A stretch of DNA of 64,000 nt from Octopus sinensis (GCF_006345805.1 NC_043015.1:19964001-20028000); one strand, 5' to 3'; positions 25,200 to 51,833 are shown, counted from the first letter of the stretch. Numbers and translations: made by a program. Notes: a model not told the origin generated them from the letters alone.

Positions 25200-25330
25200 A
25201 GAGTTTGCAATAAAAGGTTTTTCCACATAGAGTGAAATAAGTTTTTCTCCTGGGTGTATCCTTGTAAATTTGCAATTTTCCACATATTTCATTATGATAG
25301 GGTTCTTTTCCAGTCCATATTACAAGACTA
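25200..25330 (-). pseudogene. Degenerate C2H2 zinc-finger gene remnant
   Basis: Minus-strand translation IWTGKEPYHNEICGK and, after a frameshift, IHPGEK...CGKT resemble decayed [14 protein letters not shown] linkers and fingers. Confidence 0.55.
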
Positions 25331-26617
25331 AAATTAACAGAGAATGATCTCCAACATATTCTGTTCGCTGCTGAGGTGAGATTCTTTTCACAACTAGCTC
25401 CAATGCTCAAGCCTCCACTTTCCTGCTAATATATATAGTCATACTTAAGTGTAGGCATATCTAAACACCATCCAAAAATATATTTAGTCAAGACAAGCTG
25501 AGAGAGCCTCTATGTGGTTGCTCAACTTGATAGAAATAGTAGCAAAAATCTCAATCATCATCGTCAATTTAACATCCACTGTTCCATACTTGAATGGGTC
25601 AGTGTTTACTGAGGCCTATTTTTGACAGCTGGATGCCTTTCCTGTCACCAATCCTCACCTGCTTCCAAGCAGGTTTGGATAGACATTTTCACGAACACTG
25701 AAAATGTATGACACTGCTTGTATAAGTGACACTTGTTTTTATTATTATTGTTTTAAGCAATGTCAGCACAAACACACACATATATACATTCTTTTATTCT
25801 TATACTTGTTTCAGTCATTTGACTGTGGTCATGCTGGAGCACTGCCTTAAAGGGTTTTAGTTAAACAAATCGACCTTGGGACTTATTCTTTGTAAGACCA
25901 GCACTTATTCTATTAGACTCTTTTGATGAACCACTAAGTTACAGCAAGGTAAACATACCAACATCGGTTGTCAAGCAGTGACAAGAGACAAACACACATA
26001 AATATATATATACACGATGGGCTTCTTCCAGTTTCTTATTTCTTTATTGCCCACAAGGGGCTAAACATAGAGGGGACAAACAAGGACAAAGGAATTAAGT
26101 CACTTACATCGATCCCAGTATGTAACTGGTATTTAATTTATTGACCCTGAAAGGATGAAAGGCGAAGTCGACCTTAGTGGAATTTGAACTCAGAACGTAA
26201 AGATAGACGAAATACTGCTAAGCATTTCGTTTGGCATGCTAATGTTTCTGCCAGCTCACCGCCTTTCAGTTTCTGTCTACCAAATTCACTTGCCCAAGGC
26301 ACCACTCAGTGGGACACAAGCTTCTTACCACACAGCCAGACAAACCCTTTCAGTTTTCACCTAATCCACTCTCGAGATCACATACACACAATAAGTAAAA
26401 ATATAAAACAAACTGCAAATTTACTTTAATCTTTTTTTAAAGTAATGATATTATTACGTAATTATTATTATTATTATTACATATGCTCCAAACAGCCTAA
26501 AATGTAAGACGCTGGACAAAACGTGAATTGAAGAATGCTGGAGAAAAAAATCTTCAAGTTTGAAAAAAAAAAAAAAATCAGAAATATGTGATGAATCAAT
26601 CTAAAAGAATGAAGTGA

Positions 26618-40606
<13,989 letters not shown>

Positions 40607-40804
40607 AGCGATTAGACTCGATTCAATCCAGTCCAACAACAATAATACTCAAATATTTCTCCAATAAAGTCAGGAACTGGAATCAAAACTTGTTTCCAAA
40701 AATGACTCAGGAAAATAAAACCGCTACGTTTATTTCTACCTCTTTGTGAGAAGAGCTCTAAATTATTTCCCTTGCTTTTTATAAAAATTGTCTTTTCTTC
40801 TGGC

Positions 40805-41640
40805 GAAATTCCGGAAGTTTACCAGAGTTAATTCCCTTTATTGATTATTATTATTTTGACCCAGCTGTGACTGGAGTTTGTCATACCTCTTATTAAAGAC
40901 TCTCCGGCCGTGACCATTGCTCTCCTCCCCACTTTCTCAAGACAGTGTTTGTAAGATCACATAATCCGGTGCATCTGTCCTTCTTTTATGACAGTTGAGG
41001 AAGATTTGGCTGCTATTTCTCAATAATGCTTGGAATTTCCATCAGAGAAATAAAATTATTTGAATTTTGCGCCAAACAATTTGATTTGTCATGAATTATG
41101 TAAGTCGATTTATTTTTTAATCTCCTGTAATAGCAATGAGTAATAAAAAGGGGAAATGGATAAGTTGGTATTTAAATTGTTCTGGGGTTTTTGTTTTTAA
41201 TTAAGCTTCAAGAAATACAGCTAATTAATTAAGTATTCATCTCAACTGATTTACTTTTTAAAATGAAACGTTTCTTATTGACTCAACTAAATGGGCGGAG
41301 GTAAAGATCATGGACTGCAACCTCCTTTGGGATTTTTTTTTTTTTTACAGGAGCACACTATATCGAGGGCAGAGATTCCGAATCTACAAAAAAAAATTTA
41401 AACAGCATTTCAAAATTTTAATTCTCTACTCCCCTCTCCCCCATCAATTTCTTAAATTTTCACTTTTTAAAAAACTTTTTTTGGCAAAATACGTAGAAAT
41501 ACGAAGATTATGATTCTGAAAACAAAAATTTGTAAAATTTCAATTTTTCAAAAAAATAAACACCCCCTCCCATCCGCCCTACGACAAGAAGTGAAATTAA
41601 ATTTTTTTCTCTACTAATGTTTCACGCATGCGTAGAATTA
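40805..41640. promoter_or_regulatory. Putative divergent promoter region shared by PSMA1 and the DDIAS-like gene
   Basis: TTCCGGAAGT ETS site (40809-40818) about 200 bp upstream of the PSMA1 ATG; palindromic NRF1-like ACGCATGCGT (41624-41633) on the DDIAS side; genes are head-to-head. Confidence 0.5.
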
Positions 41641-42520
41641 TAAAATAGCAGACGCAAAAAGTATCTAAACAGAAAACCTGACATGCTAGAAACACGTACC
41701 TGGTCTCTAAACTTGCCACTAATACCAGCTGAAGTTTCTTTAAATCACATCCAACAGCCTTCGAAAAGAACGCATTGGTCACTTTAACAGAGTGCATCTA
41801 GGACTATATTTTCCGTGTCCCCCTTTTTTTTTTATGGAAGTATGGTACAGTTTGAGAGAAATTTAGCTACTAGTTTTTGCTGGTCAAGCAACAATGAAGA
41901 CCCTCTAATTGTTGTATACTGTTGCATGTATCTCTGATATGTTTTGCCAGGTTTCTTTTACATGGGTTAAAGTTGGCTTATCCCCCATCGATAGATGTTT
42001 TCCAAATCTGTGAGACTGATAGGAGGAAATTATTCTCAAACCAGAGACCTGACAAAGCGGGTCCTATAAAGAAACCTAATATGTTAAATTAGGCAAATAG
42101 ATTAAATCTTCTAAACTTCTTTTATTACTGTTGTAAGGACTTAGCTTTAATCTAGTATTTAAACTTGGATTTATTAAGCACCATCTGATTGTGGCCGCTA
42201 CCAGACTCCCCTGGCACTTGTGCCAGTGGCATGTAAAAAGCACCCACTACACTCACGGAGTGGTTGGCGTTAGGAAGGGCATCCAGCTGTAGAAACACTG
42301 CCAGATCAGACTGGAGCCTGGTGCAGCCTCCTGGCTTCCCAGACCCCGGTCGAACCGTCCAGCCCGTGCTAGCGCGGAAAACAGACGTTAAACGATGATG
42401 ATGATGATAATTATTAACCTTAAAACTGATCATTGATTGCAAAGTTTTGTATTGTTAAAATAGATTAATTATTAAAATAATTGTTTCGCTTTACCTGTTG
42501 TATCTATTATGATACTTTGA

Positions 42521-42753
42521 TTAACTCTTTTGTTACCATATTTTAGTTGAAATATAGTCTTTGTTTCAATTAATTTTAAAAAATAAGAATAATTTAACAA
42601 AATAGTTCTGTCAGTATTATGCTGCTGTTTGGATCATAAATTAACATGAAATGTTAATTGGAAAGGTTTTTTAAATTTAAATATCTTCAAAGCAGGAAGT
42701 TTGTATCATAGAAATAGGGGCAGTTTCAGACAATTTGGTAACAAAAGGTTTAA
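42521..42753. mobile_element. piggyBac-like MITE (TTAA termini); relatives at 4742-5235, 11640-11860, 35160-35290, 35590-35700, 49720-49920
   Basis: TTAACTCTTTTGTTACCA ... TGGTAACAAAAGGTTTAA. Confidence 0.7.
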
Positions 42754-42831
42754 ATCTTTGTTAAATTCATTTGCTGTTTCTTTCTATTTCAAGAATTTTT
42801 TTTTCACTATTCTCCAGATTTAAAATAACCA

Positions 42832-45800
42832 ATGCCGTCCAGATTCCATGCATTGACCGTAGCCACAGTGGTTAGAGTTCGAGATCCGAATGTTACCTAC
42901 CCCTATTGCATTGAATGCTACAGTAAATTACGAATCAATTGTCATTCAAAAATTTGGCGCTGTTTTCGATGTAAAATTAATTACAATACATGTAATATTC
43001 CTCAACGGTATCGACTCTGTCTAGAAATTGCTGATGGATCTGCTCTTTGTGGTGCCACAGTTTTTGGCAAAAGCCTAGAACCTTACTTTGGAGACTCTGC
43101 TGAAGAAATTCATTCTCTATTGCATTCATATGATTCAAATTATATAATGAATTTGTTGAATGGCTTTTTTACTGGGAAGAGTTTTTTGTTTGGTTTTAAA
43201 ACTTTACATCCTCTTGAAAAATCTGATTTCAACATGTCATTATTATCAGTCTTGAAATGCAGTTGCAGAAAACAGTGCCAGACACTTCCGACCGATCTAA
43301 TTGCCTCTCAGATGATTAACTGCAATATTGGTATGGCATGCACAATTAAAATACTTTTAACTAAAAATAACAATTTTAAAACTCAAAACACTTGTCCTGC
43401 ACTCATTGAACAAGTTCTTCAAACGCCAATAGCATTAACTTTAACAGAATCACCATTATTTATTGAACAGACCAATAGTAGGTCCACTTTGCCATTAATT
43501 TCTCAAGAGTTAATTGTTTTATCATATGAAATGAATCCATCTGGGATTCAAACTAGCAGAAATCTCTCAGGTGTGTTAATATCAAGTTCTGGGGAAAGTG
43601 AAACCCCTAATTTCATTAACTCTTGTCCACAAAGAAGCCCTTCATTTCATGCAACGAAGTCACAGTCAACCCAAACTTACAAATCTTTCATTACAAACTG
43701 TTTTCCTGATTTGTCAGCAGGAAATATTTCAGATCATTTGCTTCATTCTTATAAGAAAGTTCCATCTGGAAGTCATGCTAATGTAAAGCATCTTCCAGAA
43801 GTTTCTCTTGCTGATAATCGAAATGCAGAAATTCTTTCTTATGCATCTGATTGTGAAGATATGTTTTTTGAGAATAACAACTCTTCAGATATGGGACATA
43901 AATATTCACTGGCAGTACGTATTCCACAGAAAGAATATTCTATGGAATGTTCTTTGAATGTAAATAATTATAATAATGTCTCTTATGCTCCTGAATCAGA
44001 AGACTTAGAAGCTTTCTTAAACAGCTTCAGTGATTCACCACATGAACACTTTTCTGAATTCCAAGAAAATGCTGAGCTAAGTCAAATGCAAACAACAAAA
44101 TCTAGTGAAAAACAGATGTGTTTTCTAAACAGTTACAATTTTAAAACAACTCTGAAAGAAACTTCTTGCAGTAAATCAAATCTAAAGATGTTTACAATGG
44201 CTGCTGTAAACAAGATAAGATGTGAAGATATTTGTAAATCTTCAAGAGAAACGGGAGACTGGAAAACAAAGGAGATAAATATTCTGTCTCTTTTAAGCTT
44301 CCATTCATCAACTGTGACCTATTTCCTTCTCAACTTGTCAGTTCCATATCATTTTTTAAAATGTATCTGGGAAAGTAATTGCAGAGTATCTAATAACCCA
44401 AGGTACAAAAACATGGACAAATCAAACAGAAGTAATTTATTTACCGGCAATTTGACTTATCATTCTAAATTAATGATGCCTAATTATAAACTAAATAGCT
44501 GGAGTGAAGCAAATCAGCTTTGTGACATGAGAAATAAAATTGTTACTAGACAACCTATTACGGTGACTGATGACAAATATTTACTTAAAAGTGCAGATTT
44601 ATATTTATCGTCCAGTCCAGCTAAAATTGTAACTAAAACTACTGTCAACAATGAAAACATTTCTGATATATATAGTAAATATCCTATAAAAGTCTCTTCT
44701 ACAAATGAATACTTACCAAAGTTCCAGTCTGTTGAGAGATGCATGTCTGCTGTCGATGTTATTAAAAAGTCATCACCCAAATCCAGTCCTTCAAATAGTA
44801 TTTGCAATATCTTTCCTGGAGACTTTTCAAAAATTGCTGACATGTCAAATATTCCTTGTGATTCTTGCATTGATGTTTCAGTCATTAGTTCCTTTCACAT
44901 TAACAGAATGTTCTCTGAGAATGAATCTATAAATGGCAACATGTCTACATCTGCTTCTTTCAAACAGCTTTCTCCCTTTCAAGAAACAATACATCCTATA
45001 AGGTGTTTGTCTAAACAATTTCCAAATCAAGATTCCAACCTTGAAAGTGAACCATCTTTCCTAAATGAATCTAAGAAAAGGAAAAAATGTAATCAATGTC
45101 GTTCATATCTTCCAAGATGTCTGTGCAATGATTTTTCAGAAAATAAAGAAAATATTTCATACAATGGAAGAAAAGAAGCTTTATGTTTTCCTAAAAAATT
45201 AGGTAATGCAAGCTTATCTGAAAGCAAACAATTTGTTAATAAGATTCTCCGACCACGCAATAAAAACCATCATTCTGTTCCAACTAAGAGATCTCAAACC
45301 TCTTCTACAATCAGGAAAAGTCAGCTTTCAGACTTACCATTTGCAGATGGCTTTCATTCTTTCTCAACCAATGTTAATCTTAGAAAATGCCATAGTCTCA
45401 CTTCTACACCAGTTCCACATTTCCATATTTATCAAACATCATATAGAAATCTGCCACATAATGATTCTTCAACTGAAGAAAATATTGAACGCTTATTTCC
45501 AGTAACTCCAATTAAATGCTCTTCAGAGAACCAAAAGCAGTCTCGTCCAAATTCACCTTCAATTTATTCTGTTGAAAGTCACAACTCTGAATCTTATGTA
45601 TTATTACCATCTGGAAGTCTTCAGCAAGATTGCCAAGAGAGTCCCAAAGAAGAGGGCAATACGTCACAGGATTTATATGATCCTTCGACTGAATTGTTTT
45701 TATCCTCTCCTAATCCAGATGTATTACCTGTCAATGCTTCAGAAGACCTATTTAGCTGTTCTTGGAAATCTTCAAACCAATTTATTCCACAAACACCCAG

Positions 45801-47154
45801 TAGTACCCCAGTTTCAGTAAGAAATATTTGTTTAAATAGAAGAGATGGTATTAACAATACTTTTAATCAAAGAAAGTCTAAAAAATCTAAATATCCTCTA
45901 ACCAAATGCCTTCTAAAAAGACAAATTTTCAAGAAAATCAATAATTCTAATCAATTCCAAGCAAGATGCCAAATGAAAAAATTGTCTCCTTCCAATACTA
46001 TTCCAAAGACAATCAGTGTGCCATCTTCACCCATGGGACCCCTCAATAGAAAAGATTCATCTGAAGAAATATTAGAAACTTTGTTTTCTCCAAGAATATT
46101 GTCTCAAAATGAGTTCAACTCACCAAGAACTACAAATTATATAGAATCAAAAGAAATCTCTAGATGTAATTCTTTAATCATTCCTAAAACAATGAGAAAT
46201 ATTTTTCAAATTATGGAACAATCTCATGAATCAGAACAGTTTTGTAAATCCTTTCCAGAATCACAAGATTTATTTTCACCTGAAATTCTTTCTGCAACAC
46301 AAAATAAAACGAAACATTTGTTTACTTTACAAAACACAAATACCATTTCCATAGACAATCCATTTCATTCCTGTTTTAAGTCAAAACCTGATGTAAATCA
46401 ACTGCCAACTCCGTCTACTGAAGTATTTAAAGAAACTCTTTGTAATGTAACACATGAGCTTTTAGATGCAGAAATCCATGGTGTATTAAATCAAAATTCA
46501 ACTAAGGTCAATTGTAAAATATGGAATAAAACTTATTTACATCAAAGAACACCTGTCTTATATAATAAAACATTGGATATTTATGCCTCACCTGATTTAT
46601 TCTGTACACAACCAGACAATTCAAATGTCCATTCACATCTTTCTGAAAATTTCTGTCAAAATATCCAGACTCTTCCACAGTCACCTGATATATTCACCTC
46701 AAACACTTCTGTTCAGAGTGACTCTCCCAACATACTTGCTGAAACACAGCCTGATGTAGATAATTCTATACATTCACCAGACATATACAATGAAACAGAG
46801 ACTAACTCTTGTAACCTATTGCTCTCGCCTGATATTTTTTCTCCAACACAGAAAAGCAAACCAAAATATTTATTACACTCAATTGATCCTCTTTGTTGCA
46901 CACCTGAAAGTACAAAGCACTACATATCATCTCCTGATATATTCTTCGAAACACAGAACACACAACACCACATGAAGTCACCTGACATAATCAGTCAGAC
47001 ACAAGAACCATTCTTCAAACATAAAAATAAATATTCATATTCTTGGAATCAAATTTCCTCACCTACAAAAATCACTGATTCACAACATAAAGACACAGTT
47101 TATAAAGTTTCCACTTGTTCTGATTTAGCATCAAGTTCTGACAATAGTTTATGA
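42832..47154 (+). CDS. DDIAS: DNA damage-induced apoptosis suppressor (DDIAS/noxin)-like protein, 1440 aa: N-terminal RPA70-C-like OB/zinc-ribbon domain followed by a long low-complexity S/T/N-rich region
   Basis: N-terminus TYPYCIECYSKL...WRCFRC...RYRLCLEIADGS...TVFGKSLEPYFG...FFTGKSFLFG...LIASQMI parallels recalled DDIAS (IYPSCQKCFSRI...CPKC...YRYKLSLKVAES...TVFGSCLDTFFG...FVGQSFIFG...LVACQI); acceptor ttctccAG just before the ATG; AATAAA at 47179-47184. Confidence 0.82.
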   Translation: MPSRFHALTVATVVRVRDPNVTYPYCIECYSKLRINCHSKIWRCFRCKINYNTCNIPQRYRLCLEIADGSALCGATVFGKSLEPYFGDSAEEIHSLLHSYDSNYIMNLLNGFFTGKSFLFGFKTLHPLEKSDFNMSLLSVLKCSCRKQCQTLPTDLIASQMINCNIGMACTIKILLTKNNNFKTQNTCPALIEQVLQTPIALTLTESPLFIEQTNSRSTLPLISQELIVLSYEMNPSGIQTSRNLSGVLISSSGESETPNFINSCPQRSPSFHATKSQSTQTYKSFITNCFPDLSAGNISDHLLHSYKKVPSGSHANVKHLPEVSLADNRNAEILSYASDCEDMFFENNNSSDMGHKYSLAVRIPQKEYSMECSLNVNNYNNVSYAPESEDLEAFLNSFSDSPHEHFSEFQENAELSQMQTTKSSEKQMCFLNSYNFKTTLKETSCSKSNLKMFTMAAVNKIRCEDICKSSRETGDWKTKEINILSLLSFHSSTVTYFLLNLSVPYHFLKCIWESNCRVSNNPRYKNMDKSNRSNLFTGNLTYHSKLMMPNYKLNSWSEANQLCDMRNKIVTRQPITVTDDKYLLKSADLYLSSSPAKIVTKTTVNNENISDIYSKYPIKVSSTNEYLPKFQSVERCMSAVDVIKKSSPKSSPSNSICNIFPGDFSKIADMSNIPCDSCIDVSVISSFHINRMFSENESINGNMSTSASFKQLSPFQETIHPIRCLSKQFPNQDSNLESEPSFLNESKKRKKCNQCRSYLPRCLCNDFSENKENISYNGRKEALCFPKKLGNASLSESKQFVNKILRPRNKNHHSVPTKRSQTSSTIRKSQLSDLPFADGFHSFSTNVNLRKCHSLTSTPVPHFHIYQTSYRNLPHNDSSTEENIERLFPVTPIKCSSENQKQSRPNSPSIYSVESHNSESYVLLPSGSLQQDCQESPKEEGNTSQDLYDPSTELFLSSPNPDVLPVNASEDLFSCSWKSSNQFIPQTPSSTPVSVRNICLNRRDGINNTFNQRKSKKSKYPLTKCLLKRQIFKKINNSNQFQARCQMKKLSPSNTIPKTISVPSSPMGPLNRKDSSEEILETLFSPRILSQNEFNSPRTTNYIESKEISRCNSLIIPKTMRNIFQIMEQSHESEQFCKSFPESQDLFSPEILSATQNKTKHLFTLQNTNTISIDNPFHSCFKSKPDVNQLPTPSTEVFKETLCNVTHELLDAEIHGVLNQNSTKVNCKIWNKTYLHQRTPVLYNKTLDIYASPDLFCTQPDNSNVHSHLSENFCQNIQTLPQSPDIFTSNTSVQSDSPNILAETQPDVDNSIHSPDIYNETETNSCNLLLSPDIFSPTQKSKPKYLLHSIDPLCCTPESTKHYISSPDIFFETQNTQHHMKSPDIISQTQEPFFKHKNKYSYSWNQISSPTKITDSQHKDTVYKVSTCSDLASSSDNSL

Positions 47155-48626
47155 CATTGTCCATTAAAATTTTCCTGTAAATAAAATTTGTAAAGAATTA
47201 ATTGTTTCTTTGCTAATGCAAAATATCATTAATTGCTCACAATGTAGTTTGCTTATAAAACCAATTTATGTTTAAATTCATAATACATTTCTGGCAGATT
47301 CAAACGAGAATATCCGATCGCTGTTGTTTTCATCATCAGAGAACACCTCCTACCTTTAGACAATGTGTACTCATAGCTCACTCTTTTTCATTGCTGTAAG
47401 GAAGACGGCGAGCTGGCAGAAATGTTAGTCCGACGAGTGAAATGCTTAGAAGTATTTCATCTGTTTTTACATTCTGAGTTCAAATTCCGCCAAGGTCGAC
47501 TTTGCTTTTCATCCTTTCGTAGTCGATAAATTAAGTACCAGTTGCATACTGGAATCAATCTAATCGACTAGCACCCTCCCCAGAAATTTCAGGCTTTGTG
47601 CTTAGAGTAGAAAAGAATTCATTGCTGTGAAGAAGCTCTGAAAGATCTTGGCGTTCCATTCTTGTGTCCCTGACCCATGGATCAGATTTAAGAGATGCTC
47701 TAGCTCTTCATCATCATCATTTAGCGTCTGTTTTCCATATAGAAATCCCTAAACAAATTATTTGCAGATGTCTGCATAACATAATAATGAAAAAAAAAAA
47801 AGGCATCAGAGGGGCAATTCATATCCTGTGTGCAGATAGATTTTTTGCAAATTATAGTATGGCTTACAATGCATTGCTTACCCATGCTTTTTGATTGAAC
47901 TGATTTTATTTTTTTTTTAAGTATCACCATTATAGGTATTTATACTCTGGTGAAATTAAGAAATCAATTTGTAAATAAACGAAACCCTTGAATCCATCGC
48001 TGTTTACACATACAGTTGCATATCTATGTATGTATGTACCCATGTGTCTACGTGCATAGGTACATCATGAGTTATACACACACAGACGAGGGTTGATTCA
48101 TATGTAAAAGAAAGTAAACAAAATAATATGACCAGTTGCTTATCAAGAAATTTGTAAGCTTGATTTTTTTTTTATAAAGATAATCATGTAAAAAGCACTT
48201 TCCGAATGTGATCAATGCCAGGTTTGCCTGACTGGCTCCTATGCTGGTGGCACGTAAAAAGCACCTACTACATTCTCAGAGTGGTTGGCATTAGGAAAGG
48301 TATCCAGCTGTAGAAACTTTGTCAGATCAGATTGGAGCCTGGTGCAGCCACTGGCTCTCCAGACCTCAGTCAAACTGTCCAACCCATGCCAGCATGAAAA
48401 ATGAACATTAAACGATGATGATGATGTGAATCAAAGCAAATGTTCATCATTTCGAGCCACTTTCCCAATGAGTATTTCTGCTAATTTTGGTGAAAATCCA
48501 TTCAGCCATTTTCTAGTAATCTTGCAAACACACAGACAGACAGACAAACAATGATTACAATACCCTGCTTTTGCTTACATGCACAAGGTAATTAATGGGC
48601 CACATGTAAAACAGTGATACATATTA

Positions 48627-49102
48627 CAGTTCTATATTTAAGAGATAGGAATTATGTACATTATTTACATTTGACGGATATTTGTCCTCATCTTGTTTGC
48701 TGTTAACATAATGTTTCAGCTGATATACCCTCCAGCCTTCATCAGGTGTCTCGGGGAAACTTTGAACTTGGGTTCTCATTCCTAAGGTATTTTTCGATGT
48801 TGTTGTTGTTGTTTAGATTTATAAGCCCTAAAAATTCACTCCATAATTGCCCATGGGCATGTGGTGTAGTGGTTAAGAATGCAGGCTACTAACCCCAAGA
48901 TTCTGAATTTGATTCCAGGCAGTGACCTGGATAATAATAATAATAACAATAACAACAACAGCAGCAGCATTGAAACATACCTTAGGAATGAGAACTCAGG
49001 TTCAAAATTTCCCCAAGACACCTGATGAAGGCTGGAGGGTATATCAGCCGAAACGTGTTAACAACAAGCAAGATGAGGACAAATATCCATCAAATGTAAA
49101 TA
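48627..49102. mobile_element. Palindromic non-autonomous element, copy 3
   Basis: Same arms as copies 1 and 2; central TGCCCATGGGCA palindrome; degenerate direct repeat AGTGATA(C/G)ATAT on both flanks. Confidence 0.85.
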
Positions 49103-50169
49103 GTGATAGATATGTTATGGTTTGGATGCTCAGTGTTCTGCATGCACCCCATGTATAGTTCATTTATGTTTTTTAAATAGTTGTTGATTTTCCCCAGTCA
49201 ATGCTGATCAAGCAGATCTATGACCAAAGGAATTTGAATTGTTAACATCTTTCTACATTTATATTAGGTGTAGGAGTAGCTCTGGTAAGTAGCTTGCTTA
49301 CCAACCACATGGTTCCGGGTTCAGTCCCACTGCGTGGCAACTTGGGCAAGTGTCTTCTACTATAGCTTCGGGCCGACCAAAGCCTTGTGAGTGGATTTGG
49401 AAGACGGAAAGTGAAAGAAGCCCATCGTATATATGAATATGTTTGTGTGTGAGTGTTTGTCTCCCCAACATCACTTGACAACTGATGCTGGTGTGTTTAT
49501 GTCCCTGTAACTTAGCAGTTCGGCAAAAGAAACTAATAGAACAAGTACTAGGCTTACAAATAATAAGTCCTGGGGTCAATTTGCTCAACCAAAGGTGGTG
49601 CTCCAGCATGACCACAGTCAAATGACTGAAAAAAGTAAAAAGAGTAAAAAAGTGAGTATCCCTTTTGTTAATGGAAAGGGCATGGTACATGTCTAAAAGA
49701 ACATTATCTCATCCATTTTTTAACCCTTTTCATACTAATCTACTCTAGACCCTGCCACTCCCACCCCCACACCGGTTCCATAATAGAAACTTCCTGATTA
49801 AAGGTGACTTAAATTAAGAACCTTCCATGAAAATTCCCAATCATGTTCTAAACAGCAGCATTTTGTTTCTCGTAAGAAAAGCAACATTTTTCAGCAGAAA
49901 TATGGTGACAAATTGTTAAGGTAGTCGGATATGATTTTTAGGAGATTTGGCTGTAATTTTTAGCATGGAGGGGAGGGAAATGTAGTGAGTTACCACAGGA
50001 GGAGGGAGGAGACATTAGGAAGATATGTAGTGGGGAAGATTCGCCAAGGACAGAGTGTATGCAGGTAGGTTCACTGAAGTGTGACAAGGGAATGAGAGGT
50101 AGAGAGAAAGGGAGGGGAATGCAGTGAATGGTGAACATGGGTGGAGAGAAGGATGTTAGGGAGAGAATG

Positions 50170-50640
50170 CCTTTGGAACCTCATTTTTACTTAGATGGAT
50201 GGTTATTCACAAGCACAAGAATTCACTAATCATCTCAGTCCTTTGCCATCTCCTCCGAGGCTCAACATCTGATGGTCATTTTTCACTACTTCATCCCATA
50301 TCTTTGTGGAGTTTCCTCTTTCACAGGTCCCCTTCACATTTAGCAATCTGCACTTCTTTATACATCTGTTTTCATCCATATGCATCATGCGACCATACCA
50401 GTGCACTACATCTGATGCTTCTTATGCCCAGTTTTACTCTCAACACATTTACACTTTGTTGTACATGCACACTGATATTGCACATCCAGCAGAACATGCT
50501 GTCCTTGCTTCTTTCAAGCCTTCACATGTCCGTTGCATTTACAGCCCATGTTTCATTAACATGTAGTATAGCTGTTCATAGATAAGCATTATACAGCCTG
50601 CCTTTCACTCCGCAGGAGAGGCCCATTGTTACTAACAAAG
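50170..50640 (-). mobile_element. Degenerate RTE-clade LINE 3' fragment
   Basis: KGRLYNAY..TAILHVNETWAV...LER...MFCWMCNISVH...WYGRMMHMDE...KKC..LNVKGTCERG...WDEVVK. Confidence 0.75.
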
Positions 50641-50913
50641 GTATACAAGGAGGGTGCTGAAAAATTCCTGGCTTTAAGGGTATGACAGAAAGCCTAGTTG
50701 GAGGCCCAGCTTTCTGAGTCCTATTACAGGGCTTCGAAAAACTGAAGGATCACTGCAATAAGTGTGTGAATCTGAGAGAGGGGAGTATGCAGCTAAAAAA
50801 TCATAATTAACTGATCCTCTTGTATTTTCTTTTATCCAAAACCAGGAACGTTTTAGCACCCCAACACCTTTATATACATACATACATATACATATACACA
50901 CACACACACACAC

Positions 50914-50967
<54 letters not shown>

Positions 50968-51289
50968 CACACAAGTGAGTGGACAAATGAAAGAAGGGCA
51001 TTCAACCAATTTATTGGAAGTTACATATATGGATCAAAACAGTTTGGTTCAAATTGGTTGGTACTCATGAGTTTCAAGTGTGATGCTAGTCATCAGCCAG
51101 TCAGAGGAATGAACAGAGTTAATAATGATGTTTTGGACATTGTTCTTCTTCAGAATAGGGTGTCAAGTGGAAAGAAAGTAAGAAAAATCAGTAGATAAAA
51201 GCAGAAATCCAGGCAAAAATACCCACAGAGAACTGGTCCATATGTTGGCCATGGACTATGTATATAAATATATAATGAGTCAAGTAAAA

Positions 51290-51781
51290 TCGAAATCACA
51301 ATCAGAATCTCAATCAAATCGAAATCAAAATGGAAATTGTAGTTGTGGCCAATGCCAGTGCCACCTGACGGGCTCCCGTGCTGGTGGCATGCAACAAGCA
51401 CCATTCATATATGGGTCAATGCCAGTGCCTCCTGACTGGCTTCCTATGTCGGTGGCATGTAAAAAGCAACTTTTGAATGTGGCCAATGCCAGTACCCACC
51501 TGCCTTGACTGGCCCCTGTGCTGGTAGCACGTAAAAAGCACCATCCGAACATGGCTGATGCTAGTGCCACCTGACTGGCTCCTATGCCGGTGGCATGTAA
51601 AAAGTACCCACTACACTCTTGGAGTGGTTGGCATTAGGAAGGGCATCCAGTTGTAGAAACACTTCCAGATCAGATTGGAGCCTGGTACTCTTGAAACTCA
51701 AGAGTACCTGTCTTGCCAGTTGTCAGTCAAACCGTCCAACCCATGCCAGCATGTAAAATGGATGTTAAACGATGATGATGA
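51290..51781 (+). mobile_element. RTE-type 3' fragment with about 5 degenerate tandem units, abutting the PLE
   Basis: Repeated GCCAGTGCC...GGTGGCATGTAAAAAGCAC units then the family tail with (GAT)n. Confidence 0.75.
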
Positions 51782-51833
51782 TATATATATATCATCGTCT
51801 TATAGTCTCTCAGGCGACTCACACGGATATATA

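Noticed and set aside
43598-46975. Short alternative-frame and antisense ORFs overlapping the DDIAS-like CDS
   Set aside because: Expected by chance in a long coding exon; no motifs.
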